Below are positions 1 to 9,208 of a DNA stretch of 64,000 nucleotides, one piece after another. The DNA is from a bacterium. GTDB taxonomy: Bacteria; Patescibacteriota; Minisyncoccia; UBA6257; JAGOQP01. The notes below the pieces were generated by a model that was not told where the DNA came from, ran no database searches, and worked only from the letters and a program-made list of their open reading frames with translations. The position numbers were made by a program, and so were the translations under genes. The stretch covers positions 6,394-70,393 of the forward strand of contig JAKANP010000002.1 in assembly GCA_021812345.1 (NCBI GenBank). Direction: 5' to 3'. Within the stretch, counting starts at the first letter, position 1. Every line of letters begins with the position of its first letter.

Positions 1-312
1 CTCCCGGCCAGTGATTTTTTGAATCGGTGGTCCTAATAAACTTGTCCCATGAAAGATTGAGTATTTTCTTAAGATTTTTAAACTCTTTGCTGTTGGTATC
101 AACAAGTTTCTTGGGAGTTATATTTTTTTGAAAAGCGGTTTTTTGAATCTTAGTGCCATGCTCGTCGGTGCCAGTCAAAAAAAATACTTTTTGACCTTTA
201 GCTCGAGCGTAACGCGCCAAAACATCGGCTTGTATTTTTTCCAAAGAATGACCGATGTGAGGAGAACCGTTAGCGTAATCAATAGCGGTAGTTATGTAAA
301 ATTTTTTATCCA
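1..312 (-). CDS. metG: Methionyl-tRNA synthetase, N-terminal fragment (gene continues beyond window start)
   Basis: Reverse-strand translation from the ATG at 310-312 gives MDKKFYITTAIDYANGSPHIGHSLEKIQADVLARYARAKGQKVFFLTGTDEHGTKI. This carries the class I aaRS HIGH motif in a MetRS-typical N-terminus. The reading frame runs off the window at position 1. Confidence 0.7.
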
Positions 313-324
313 TTATTTTTTAAA

Positions 325-1335
325 TTATTCCTGAGGTTTTCTTTTCCTTATTGACCATTCATCAACTAGTTCTTCAAAAATTATGCTTACCGGGACAGCC
401 AGCAAAACTCCGATAATTCCGGAAATTTCGGCACCCGCCAACATAGCAATGACAATTATCAGCGGATCGGTGCCTATTGCTTTGCTCATAACGAATGGGA
501 CCAGAAAATGTCCTTCAAGCTGTTGGATAATAAAGAAAATTAAAACTGCCAGCAATGCGGTTGAATATGATTGAGGAAGGGTGATTAAAAAAGTTATAGC
601 GCCAACAGCTATTGGACCGACATAAGGAATCAATTCAAAAACCGCCGCAATCATAGCCAATACCAAGGCGTAATCAACCCCTAAAATTATAAGCCCCAGG
701 AAAGTAAGTCCTCCGACAATGAAACTTAAAATCAATTGTCCCGACAGCCAACGTCCCAATTTCCTTCTGGTTCTAAGATAAAGATTTACGGCATATTCTT
801 CTTTATTAAGAGGCAACACGGAACGAATAAATCTCTCCACCCCGTCCCTGCTTAAAGTTAAATAAAATGCCAATATCAAAGAAACGGCTATAAAAAATAT
901 ATTATTCAAAACACTGGAAAAAACTCCGGCCAAATTGCCTCCTCCATAAAACAAAATATTTATAATATTCGAAATGCCCTGATCAACTTGAGAAACTACG
1001 CCTGAAGAACTAAAAAAATCAAGAACCGGTATTTTTAAATCGTTAAAATGAGACAAAAGATATTTGAATTGGATTAACGTCACTGGAACTATTGTATAGA
1101 GAAGCAGAACCACCACCCCAATACCAATTAAATAAATAGCCATCACACTCAAAACTCTCGGAATTTTCTTTTTTTCCAAATAAGTTACCGGGCTGTGAAG
1201 GGCCGAGGAAACGATAACCGCCACCAAAATCATCTCCAGAACACTTCTTGTGTAATACAAAAACAGGGCAAAAATTGCCATAATTAAAATCCTCCATAGG
1301 GAGGACCATTTTATACCGGAAAATTGGTTCTCCAT
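325..1335 (-). CDS. AI-2E family (PerM/YhhT-like) membrane transporter
   Basis: 336-aa polytopic membrane protein of typical AI-2E length and hydropathy layout, with a basic C-terminal tail. Confidence 0.55.
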   Translation of the reverse strand: MENQFSGIKWSSLWRILIMAIFALFLYYTRSVLEMILVAVIVSSALHSPVTYLEKKKIPRVLSVMAIYLIGIGVVVLLLYTIVPVTLIQFKYLLSHFNDLKIPVLDFFSSSGVVSQVDQGISNIINILFYGGGNLAGVFSSVLNNIFFIAVSLILAFYLTLSRDGVERFIRSVLPLNKEEYAVNLYLRTRRKLGRWLSGQLILSFIVGGLTFLGLIILGVDYALVLAMIAAVFELIPYVGPIAVGAITFLITLPQSYSTALLAVLIFFIIQQLEGHFLVPFVMSKAIGTDPLIIVIAMLAGAEISGIIGVLLAVPVSIIFEELVDEWSIRKRKPQE

Positions 1336-1361
1336 TTACATTTATTCTACTTCAAAACGAG

Positions 1362-2687
1362 TTATAAAGAAAGAATCCCCCTAAACTCCTTGTCGGACTT
1401 ATACGGACCGACAATGGCGAAATTTAAGTTTTTATTTTGAAGTATCTGTCTTGCTAAACGAGCCAAATCGGATTTTGTTACCGATTTTATCTTTTGGACA
1501 ACCTGATCCGGGGAAAGAATCTTTTCCGATAGGACTAATTGCTCTCCAAAATAAAAAGCCAGATCGCTTGAAGTCTCCAGAGAAAGCATAAAATTACCTA
1601 TATTATGCTCTTTAGCTCTTGAAATCTCGTCGTCCGTTACTCCGTCTAAAGCGACTTTTTTTAATTCTTGGATAATTGCTTTGGCCGCCTCTTGAAATTT
1701 TTTGTGATTTACTCCGGCAAAAATTTCCAGATATCCGTGAGTAGCATAAAGGCTTGAGGAAGCGCCTACGTAGTAAGCCGCCCCTAATTCTTCTCTGATT
1801 TTTTGAAATAATCGGGAACTCATTCCTCCGCCGATAATATCCGATAAAATCGCCAGAGAAAATCTCCTTTCATCAAAAATTGAAAAAGCCTTAAACGCCA
1901 GGGCAAAATGAGTCTGATCGAGTTCTTTGAATTTAAACGTCGTTGCCGGTTTATTTTGTTTGTTTGAAACGGGATGACTTTTTATTTTTGAACCGACGGT
2001 GATATTGGAAAAATATTTTACGGCCAATTTTTTCGCTTCCGGAACGGAAATATGGCCGGCAAACACCACAAACGTTTTTTGAGCAATATAATGTTTTTTT
2101 CTGTAATCAAAAAAATCGGCTTTGTCCATTTTTAGAATGTTTTCCTTGGGGCCCGCAACATCCCAACCTGCCGGCTGATCTCCATACATAACCTTTTCCA
2201 ATATTTGAGAAACTTTGGCTCTCGGTTGATCTTCATACATATTAATTTCCTCTATTATCACTCCTTTTTCTTTTTTTATTTCCTCCTCCTTGAATAAAGG
2301 ATTAAGATACATATCCGAAATCAAATCGGTTATTTGTTCGGCATGATCGAAAGAAACTTTTCCATAATAACCGGTTAAATCTCTTGAGGTAAAAGCATTA
2401 TACGAGGCTCCCAAATTTTCAAACTCGGAGGAAATCAAAAAAGGACTCGGTCTTTTAGGAGTACCTTTAAAACACATATGCTCCAAAAAATGAGAAATTC
2501 CGTTATTATTTTTTGATTCATAAGCGGAGCCGGCTTGAACCAAAACAGCCACGGTAACCGACGCGCTCTCTCTCATCGGGACAACTACTACAGAAAGTCC
2601 ATTTTTTAATTTAAATCTATTAGGATTCATAATTGATAATAATAAGCCAAAAAAATAAAAAATCAAAAAATTATTTGTTCTCTTCAA
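1362..2687 (-). CDS. M16 family (pitrilysin/insulinase-like) zinc peptidase
   Basis: Inverted zinc-binding motif HxxEH in HFLEHMCFKGT near the N-terminus, followed by the conserved downstream glutamate region. 441 aa is typical for M16B. Confidence 0.75.
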   Translation of the reverse strand: MKRTNNFLIFYFFGLLLSIMNPNRFKLKNGLSVVVVPMRESASVTVAVLVQAGSAYESKNNNGISHFLEHMCFKGTPKRPSPFLISSEFENLGASYNAFTSRDLTGYYGKVSFDHAEQITDLISDMYLNPLFKEEEIKKEKGVIIEEINMYEDQPRAKVSQILEKVMYGDQPAGWDVAGPKENILKMDKADFFDYRKKHYIAQKTFVVFAGHISVPEAKKLAVKYFSNITVGSKIKSHPVSNKQNKPATTFKFKELDQTHFALAFKAFSIFDERRFSLAILSDIIGGGMSSRLFQKIREELGAAYYVGASSSLYATHGYLEIFAGVNHKKFQEAAKAIIQELKKVALDGVTDDEISRAKEHNIGNFMLSLETSSDLAFYFGEQLVLSEKILSPDQVVQKIKSVTKSDLARLARQILQNKNLNFAIVGPYKSDKEFRGILSL

Positions 2688-3903
2688 ACGCTTCCAAAAT
2701 CGCTTTTCTGTCGGACCATTTTATTTTTTCTCCGTTTTTAATATGAATAAATTCTTCGGAGCCTTTGCCTGTGCAAATTATAGTATCACTTTTGTGAGCC
2801 AAAGAGATGGCTTTTTTTATGGCCTCTTTTCGGTCGATAATTTCAAAAAGATTTTTTTCTGAAAATTTTTTATTTAATATTCCGGATTTTATTTCATTTA
2901 TGATATCCGAGGGATTTTCTTCATACGGATCTTCATTGGTAAGTATTATCCTGTCGCAATATGAGGCCGCAACTTCTCCCATTTTCGGCCTCTTCCATTT
3001 ATCTCTTCCCCCTCCGGCAGAACCCAAAACACAAATTAATCTGCTCCCTTTGATTTTTTTTTCTTTCAGATGCCCATAAACCGCTTCGAGAGAATCGGGA
3101 GTATGAGCATAATCCACAATCGCTAAAAATGGATTTTTTATAACAGTTTCCATCCTGCCTTCAACGCCCTTGAAATCTTCGATTGCATTTTTTATATCTT
3201 TTGCCGAAATTCCAAAATTTTCGGCGACAACGGCAGCGGCAGAAATATTTGTTTTCATAAAATCAGCCGACAGCGCTTGAGGAAGTTTTATCTTAAAGAT
3301 ATCCATCGAATTTCTATTGAACCTGATAACAGGAAAATTTTTTGCGGCTCTGATAAATTCTTCCGAGTGTTTATCTTCGGTATTGATGAAAAATTTAGGA
3401 ACTTTTGAGTCAAACGCGGAAGATGCATATTCAAAAAAAGACAATTTTGCCTGTAAATATTTTTCAAAAGAGCCGTGCGATTCAATGTGTTCGGGATGAA
3501 TATCCAAAAAAACCGCTCCGTCCCAGAAAATAAATCTGTGCCGATGCTGGACAACTCCTTGAGAAGTAACTTCAACCAAGGCAACCTGACAACCTTTTAT
3601 TACAGAATCGGATAAAAATTTTTGGATAAAAAATCTTCCGGGCATGCTGTTTCCGGTGGTATTTTTGCTTATTTTATCGCCCATCTTTACGTCCACGGAA
3701 GAAATAAATGCCGTCTTCATTCCTGCTCTTTCAAAAATATCCGATAAAATCGCCAAAGTTGTAGACTTTCCCTTGGTCCCGGTAACACCGATAACTTTTA
3801 TTTTTCTTGAAGGAAATCCGTAAAACAATGCGCCAAAAAAACTCATTAACCAATGATAAACAGAAAACGAAAAAGCTTTAATTTTTTTAATGGCATCGAT
3901 CAT
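2671..3903 (-). CDS. Mur ligase family protein (MurE/MurF-like peptidoglycan precursor ligase)
   Basis: ATP-binding P-loop GVTGTKGKSTT and a Mur-ligase middle/C-terminal layout, with DRIILTNEDPYEENP resembling the MurE C-terminal motif. 410 aa is shorter than canonical MurE. Confidence 0.55.
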   Translation of the reverse strand: MIDAIKKIKAFSFSVYHWLMSFFGALFYGFPSRKIKVIGVTGTKGKSTTLAILSDIFERAGMKTAFISSVDVKMGDKISKNTTGNSMPGRFFIQKFLSDSVIKGCQVALVEVTSQGVVQHRHRFIFWDGAVFLDIHPEHIESHGSFEKYLQAKLSFFEYASSAFDSKVPKFFINTEDKHSEEFIRAAKNFPVIRFNRNSMDIFKIKLPQALSADFMKTNISAAAVVAENFGISAKDIKNAIEDFKGVEGRMETVIKNPFLAIVDYAHTPDSLEAVYGHLKEKKIKGSRLICVLGSAGGGRDKWKRPKMGEVAASYCDRIILTNEDPYEENPSDIINEIKSGILNKKFSEKNLFEIIDRKEAIKKAISLAHKSDTIICTGKGSEEFIHIKNGEKIKWSDRKAILEAFEENK

Positions 3904-4466
3904 CTTTTGGCAAAAATTTTTAACGCCGACTTTATTTTTTCTTCAGCGGTTTTAGCGGACGACGGAACCAAAGATAAGACATCATCAACTTGTTTTTTGG
4001 AGTATCCCAGGGAACGAAGCGCGTCTTTAGTTTCCGATAAAACCGATTCATTCTTAGTGTCATAAATTACCCCTTCTTTTTCCAATTTATCCTTCATCTC
4101 CAATATCATTTTTGAAGCCGTTTTAAAACTTATGCCGGCATCTTTTAATGTTTTGATATCTTCCCTCACAATTGCCGATTTTAAAGTTCTTAAATCCAAA
4201 GAATTCATTATTTTAAGAGCAATCTTGGGACCGATTCCGGAAACAGAATTAAGCATTTCAAACAAAACTTTTTGAGAATTTTTAGAGAATCCAAAAAGTT
4301 CAAATTGCTCGGGATATAAAACACAAAGAAGTTTCACCTTCTTTCCCAAAGAGAGTTCCGAAATTAAGTCGTTTAATACCAGAATTTTGAACCCGATACC
4401 GGCCGTTTCCAAGACGATAAAGTTCTGGCCCTTAACTTCAATTTTTCCGGTGATTGAATAAATCAT
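3900..4466 (-). CDS. ruvA: Holliday junction branch migration protein RuvA
   Basis: MIYSITGKI...FGF N-terminal OB-fold signature, helix-hairpin-helix GIGPKIALKI, and a C-terminal RuvB-interaction domain. 188 aa. Confidence 0.8.
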   Translation of the reverse strand: MIYSITGKIEVKGQNFIVLETAGIGFKILVLNDLISELSLGKKVKLLCVLYPEQFELFGFSKNSQKVLFEMLNSVSGIGPKIALKIMNSLDLRTLKSAIVREDIKTLKDAGISFKTASKMILEMKDKLEKEGVIYDTKNESVLSETKDALRSLGYSKKQVDDVLSLVPSSAKTAEEKIKSALKIFAKR

Positions 4467-4516
4467 TTATTATGAGATTATATCTTAATTAATCGGCATT
4501 AAAAAGGTCAAAGTCG

Positions 4517-4545
4517 TTGACTTGTTTAAAAATAGCTGTTAATAT
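4517..4545 (+). promoter_or_regulatory. Sigma70-like promoter upstream of rpsT
   Basis: -35 TTGACT (4517-4522), 17-bp spacer, -10 TAATAT (4540-4545), about 30 bp upstream of the rpsT ATG. Confidence 0.4.
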
Positions 4546-4574
4546 CTAAAAATAAAATTTTAAACAAAAAATCA

Positions 4575-4847
4575 ATGCCAAAAATAAAATCAGCAAAAAA
4601 AGCTTTAAGGCAAAATATCAGAAGAAGAGAAAAGAACAACGAAAGAAAAATGGCCTTAAAAAAAGCGGTAAAAAATTTCAAAAAACTCATTGAAGCCAAA
4701 AAAATTGACGAGGCTAAAGAAGCTTTAAAAAACGTCTATAAAATTGCCGATAAAGTCGCCTCAACAAAATTCATAAAAAAGAACAAAGCCTCAAGAATCA
4801 AATCAAGGATGACAAAAATGCTCGGTAAAAAATCATCCAACCAATAA
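4575..4847 (+). CDS. rpsT: 30S ribosomal protein S20
   Basis: MPKIKSAKKALRQNIRRREKNNERK is a canonical S20 N-terminus. The protein is highly basic and 90 aa. Confidence 0.85.
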   Translation: MPKIKSAKKALRQNIRRREKNNERKMALKKAVKNFKKLIEAKKIDEAKEALKNVYKIADKVASTKFIKKNKASRIKSRMTKMLGKKSSNQ

Positions 4848-5642
4848 AGATAATATCGCTTGTTCCGGCTCTAAAAATCCCGATTTAACGGCAACGTCCG
4901 CATCGGAGATTTTTTTTATTAGAGGCAAATTTCCGGCCGATTTTGAAAGATAGTTAAAAACGGTATAACTGTCGGTTCTTTGAAGCGCAAGCTTCTCCCA
5001 CAAAAACATCTTTTCTCCGATAGAATAGTTGGAGCAAACCGCCTTAGAAAAATCAAATATGCCGCTTTCCTGACGATATTCATCCATAGAAAAAATAAGT
5101 TTGCGAGTAATAGGAACATTTAAAAATGAAATTCTTTCTAGTTCGTTGACGCATGCATAAATATCATTATCAAAAAGTCTGATGAAATAATCCAAAACTC
5201 CCGGCTCAATGGACATATTTTTTGATTTTACTTCATGCATCAAATATTCCTTTGCTTTACTCTCCGATAATTTTTCAAAATAGAAATTCTTTAAACTGCC
5301 GTCTTTTATGAACAGTTTTAAAATATCTGGAATTTTTTCTTTTTCCCAATTTTCATTAAAAATTAGAACACTTTCCTTATCAACTCCAAGCAAAAGCACC
5401 ACTCTTTTGAAAACATCTTCCGATAATTGAGATAATGATTTTTTCAATATCGCCACTCTTTTGGCCGATTCAAACAAGCTACGCGGGACAATAAAATCAT
5501 AAAGATTGTCCAGTTCTCCTTCTTCGTCAAAAAAAAATTTTTTAAACGCCGTTTGCGGTTTTTTGTTTAAAATGGCGCCACAGAATGCTTCCAGTTTTTT
5601 ATTTCGGCCATATTCATCCGGACCGTAGAATAAATAAATCAT
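4833..5642 (-). CDS. holA: DNA polymerase III delta subunit (HolA-like)
   Basis: N-terminus MIYLFYGPDEY matches the HolA start. Delta-subunit-like helical protein of 269 aa. Confidence 0.55.
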   Translation of the reverse strand: MIYLFYGPDEYGRNKKLEAFCGAILNKKPQTAFKKFFFDEEGELDNLYDFIVPRSLFESAKRVAILKKSLSQLSEDVFKRVVLLLGVDKESVLIFNENWEKEKIPDILKLFIKDGSLKNFYFEKLSESKAKEYLMHEVKSKNMSIEPGVLDYFIRLFDNDIYACVNELERISFLNVPITRKLIFSMDEYRQESGIFDFSKAVCSNYSIGEKMFLWEKLALQRTDSYTVFNYLSKSAGNLPLIKKISDADVAVKSGFLEPEQAILSLLVG

Positions 5643-6556
5643 TTAAGTTTTTGACAATGAGAACAAAAATAAGAAGACCTTTGGCCTATTTTAACTCTTT
5701 TAATTTCGGTTTGACAAATACGGCAAGGAAGGCCTTCTCTGTCATAAACAAATCTGACCTTATCATAACCTCCTTTTTCTCCGTAAGTATCTCTGTAATC
5801 GCTTGAGGAAATCCCTCTTAATTTAAGAGATTTTTTTATCACTTTTCTTGCCGAATTTATAATTTTAGCGGTTTCTTTTTTTGATAAAATATTCGATTTA
5901 GTCAGCGGATTTATTCCGGCGATAAATAACGACTCATCTCCATAAATATTGCCTATGCCGGAAACCACTTGCTGTTCCAGTAATATCGGTTTAACCGCCT
6001 TTTTTCTTTTTTGAAAAATCGAATACAAATAATCCGAATCAATTTTTTTTGAAAAGACATCCGGACCCAAATCCTTTAAATCTTTAAGGTTATCCGCGTC
6101 TTTTTGAGGAATCAAAATCACTTTTGCAAATTTTCTCAAATCGGACAGCGCCATTTGCGTTCCGTTATCGAAATAAAAAATCATTCTGATATAACTGTTG
6201 TATTTATCGGAAGAAATCGGTCCTTTGGTCTTGGGAATAACGATTGTTTTTCTTCCAACTTTTTTTAAATCCCAATTGCCTATTAAAAAATGACCGGTCA
6301 TTTTCTGGTGCACCAGCATTATCATATTCGAGTCGGAAGACGATTTTTTTGTTTTTAATTTTAATGTAAAAACGATATTTTTACCGATTCTTTGAACGTC
6401 AACAATTAAAGAACCCGGCAATTTTTTACGGAATTCTTTTAAAGACGGCTTTTTAATAATTTTGGGGGTGTCGGTCCAAAAATCAACGATGGTTTTCCCT
6501 ACAACGCGTTTTTTTAAATCATCAACAATTGTTTGAACTTCCGGTAATTCAGGCAT
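5639..6556 (-). CDS. mutM: Formamidopyrimidine-DNA glycosylase (Fpg/MutM) family
   Basis: MPELPEVQTI catalytic N-terminus (Pro2, Glu3), H2TH region, and C-terminal zinc finger CRIC...CSHCQ. Confidence 0.8.
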   Translation of the reverse strand: MPELPEVQTIVDDLKKRVVGKTIVDFWTDTPKIIKKPSLKEFRKKLPGSLIVDVQRIGKNIVFTLKLKTKKSSSDSNMIMLVHQKMTGHFLIGNWDLKKVGRKTIVIPKTKGPISSDKYNSYIRMIFYFDNGTQMALSDLRKFAKVILIPQKDADNLKDLKDLGPDVFSKKIDSDYLYSIFQKRKKAVKPILLEQQVVSGIGNIYGDESLFIAGINPLTKSNILSKKETAKIINSARKVIKKSLKLRGISSSDYRDTYGEKGGYDKVRFVYDREGLPCRICQTEIKRVKIGQRSSYFCSHCQKLK

Positions 6557-6633
6557 GGCAAAAAATAATTAATTATTAAAATAATAACTAATATAATATA
6601 TTTTTATCGCCCGCGCCAGTTTCTAAAATAAAA

Positions 6634-7962
6634 TTATTCAAATTCAATCAGCTCTTTTTTAGGGATAACTTCACGGCTGGTGGGGATAGTAAAATAAAAA
6701 GTAGTGCCCCTGTTGACCTCCGACTCCACCCAAATTCTGCCTCCATGACGAGTGATGATATTTCTAGCTATATAAAGACCCATGCCAGTACCGTCGGGAG
6801 AAAACTTAACAACATTATCGGCTCTGAAAAATTTGGTAAAAAGCTTATCCATTTGATTTTGAGGCACTCCAATACCGGTATCTTTAACGGAAATTTTTAC
6901 AAACGGTTCATTATCTTCTTTTTCCGCAGAAACGGTGACTTCCCCATTTTCAACATTATATTTAATAGCATTATCCAAAAGATTAGACAGAACCATATTC
7001 AATTTCTGTTGATCCACAAAAACATCTATTGAAGGCTCCTGGGGTTTGGCAAAATAAAGTTTGATTCCATACTGCTTGGCAATAGTATTGGTTTGAGCCA
7101 AAAATTCTTCAAGATAAGAAACAATATTTATCTGTTCAAACTGATAACCAAATCTTCCTTCTTCTATTTTAGAAACATCCAAAAGATCGTTTACGGTTTT
7201 AAGCATTTTTTTTGCGGCCGCAAAACCGGTAGTCACAAGATCTTTTTGATCCGGGGCCAGTTGACTGCTATTTAAACTTTCTAAGGCCCAGTTTATTGCG
7301 GTGAGCGGAGTTCTTAATTGATGAGCCGCAACCGTTATAAATTCCGTTTTTGATTTTAAAAGCTCTATCTCTCTGGTTCGGTTGGTGATTAATTTAACAA
7401 AACCGATATTGTTTCCTTCTTTATCAAAAATTCTGTCGGTAACCACTCTCAAATCAAGTTCCGGCGCATCAAAAGAAACGTCGATTACTTGAGGATAAAC
7501 TCCGGGTTCAGAATGCGTTATCACCGCCGGAGCCAGTGAAGAAAAAACCACCTGCGCCAAAATTTTAAATTTTGGGTCATTGGCCATTGCAGCCGATAAT
7601 TTTATTCCTATAATATCTTCTTTTTTTATAGAAAATATTTCTTGCGCCGCCGGATTAAAAGTTATCACTTCAAAATCATTGCTATAAGCCAAAACTCCTA
7701 TATTAAGGTGCTCAATAATGCTTGATACTTGTCCGGTTTCCGCTTTGACTCGAACATTGGCTTTAGAAAGCCGAAAGCTTAAAAAAACCATCAAAAACAA
7801 AATAAACAAGAGACCGCCAACAACAATCAGCGCTATTCCCGAAGGCAGGTATATAAAACTTATAACAAGAATAATAATCAAAATCGGCGCCAAGTAAAAA
7901 ACAGGCCGAAATTCCGGCTGAGTTAAGTATTGAACAAATTTTGAAGAATTTTTATTTGCCAT
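6634..7962 (-). CDS. Sensor histidine kinase (two TM helices, PAS-like, HisKA and HATPase_c)
   Basis: H-box AAHQLRTPLTAI, N-box LLDNAIKY, G-boxes DTGIGV and GTGMGL. The N-terminus has two TM helices. Confidence 0.8.
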   Translation of the reverse strand: MANKNSSKFVQYLTQPEFRPVFYLAPILIIILVISFIYLPSGIALIVVGGLLFILFLMVFLSFRLSKANVRVKAETGQVSSIIEHLNIGVLAYSNDFEVITFNPAAQEIFSIKKEDIIGIKLSAAMANDPKFKILAQVVFSSLAPAVITHSEPGVYPQVIDVSFDAPELDLRVVTDRIFDKEGNNIGFVKLITNRTREIELLKSKTEFITVAAHQLRTPLTAINWALESLNSSQLAPDQKDLVTTGFAAAKKMLKTVNDLLDVSKIEEGRFGYQFEQINIVSYLEEFLAQTNTIAKQYGIKLYFAKPQEPSIDVFVDQQKLNMVLSNLLDNAIKYNVENGEVTVSAEKEDNEPFVKISVKDTGIGVPQNQMDKLFTKFFRADNVVKFSPDGTGMGLYIARNIITRHGGRIWVESEVNRGTTFYFTIPTSREVIPKKELIEFE

Positions 7963-7968
7963 CTTGCA

Positions 7969-9192
7969 TTAGTTTAGATTGAAAACATACAACTGACCAT
8001 CCAATCTGTTAACAAAATAAAGTTGTCCGCCCGATTCTTTAATATCGGAAATATCCAAATTTTCGTTTGGCGCATTAAATAGAGTAGAAACTTCGTAACT
8101 TTGCAAATCCACTTGATAAAGTCCGTCGTTAAAATAAGCTCCGTTCATTAAATAATCATCCGGTAAAACCAAATCGGATCCCTTACTATTTGAAAAAGAC
8201 AACGCGCAATAAGCAAATTTGGAATCGTATGAAAAAGAACATTTTTCCGGAATAGTACTCAAAACAATATCGGATAATTTAGTTCCTGATTTATTTGTGA
8301 GAGATACGGCGTAATTTTTTGAATCCGTTGAAATAAATTTCATCGCATAATCGAATGGATAGGAAAAAATCGCTCCAATCCCTTGTCCTTGATCAAATAG
8401 ATTGATTGTTTTTTTGTTTAAATCCAAATACCATATTTGTCCGGAATAATTAGAAGATTGCTTTGGCATCATAAAAATTTTGTTTGTATCCGGCCATAAA
8501 ATATTGGAGTCCAATATATTCAAAGATGACAGCAAAGTTATTTGATTTTTTGTAGCTAAGAGATTAAACGAATAGATATTAGCAATTCCTCCTGAATATT
8601 TTAGAATAGCTATTTTCTTACCATCCGGAGAAAAATCAAAAGAACTCACTCCCGAACTTAATTCTTTCCAAATTCCGGTGCTTGAATCAAACAACACCAA
8701 ACTTCCGGAATTAAATTGGATAGCCACATATCTCCCATCAATACTTTGAACCAATTTCAACGGAACTCCATAATTTGACGTGGAAATAATTTTTTCTTGA
8801 AGAGGTCCGGTTATTTCGGAAACTTCTCCTTTATTATTTATGTAAAAAACTCTTTCAGACACGGAAGCCGAAGAAGACGAGGTTGAAGTTGAATGATAAA
8901 TCCAATAATCAAATATATTGTCGTTATTAGTCAGCAAAGATAATTTCTGTTTTTGCTGGTCATAAATTGATTGAGTTGTCGTATCCGTTTGATTCGAAGC
9001 CGAAGACAGGTTGGATAAATTATTTGACGGATAATTTTGATTAGAACCGGAAGATGATACCGGAAGACTTCCTGATTGTTGATTTTGATTTGGAGTTATA
9101 ACCGATGATGATTTTTTATATCCAAAATAAACTCCCACTCCTATGGCAATTACTATAAAAATAATTATTAAAATTAAAATTGTTTTTTTCAT
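7969..9192 (-). CDS. Membrane-anchored PD40/TolB-like beta-propeller protein (hypothetical), distal gene of the T4SS-like locus
   Basis: Start chosen at internal MKKTILILIIIF (ATG at 9190-9192), which gives an N-terminal TM anchor and removes the overlap with the upstream gene. A low-complexity S/N/Q linker is followed by SPDGKKIAI-type PD40 repeats. Confidence 0.4.
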   Translation of the reverse strand: MKKTILILIIIFIVIAIGVGVYFGYKKSSSVITPNQNQQSGSLPVSSSGSNQNYPSNNLSNLSSASNQTDTTTQSIYDQQKQKLSLLTNNDNIFDYWIYHSTSTSSSSASVSERVFYINNKGEVSEITGPLQEKIISTSNYGVPLKLVQSIDGRYVAIQFNSGSLVLFDSSTGIWKELSSGVSSFDFSPDGKKIAILKYSGGIANIYSFNLLATKNQITLLSSLNILDSNILWPDTNKIFMMPKQSSNYSGQIWYLDLNKKTINLFDQGQGIGAIFSYPFDYAMKFISTDSKNYAVSLTNKSGTKLSDIVLSTIPEKCSFSYDSKFAYCALSFSNSKGSDLVLPDDYLMNGAYFNDGLYQVDLQSYEVSTLFNAPNENLDISDIKESGGQLYFVNRLDGQLYVFNLN

Positions 9193-9208
9193 CTGTTGTT
9201 TTTTATAA

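Noticed and set aside
1043-1309. Nested or antisense short ORFs inside well-supported genes (e.g. 1043-1309, 2807-3079, 3288-3584, 22244-22564, 51435-51839, 53518-53877, 56751-57282)
   Set aside because: They are fully contained within longer ORFs that have clear family signatures. AT-rich genomes produce many such spurious frames.
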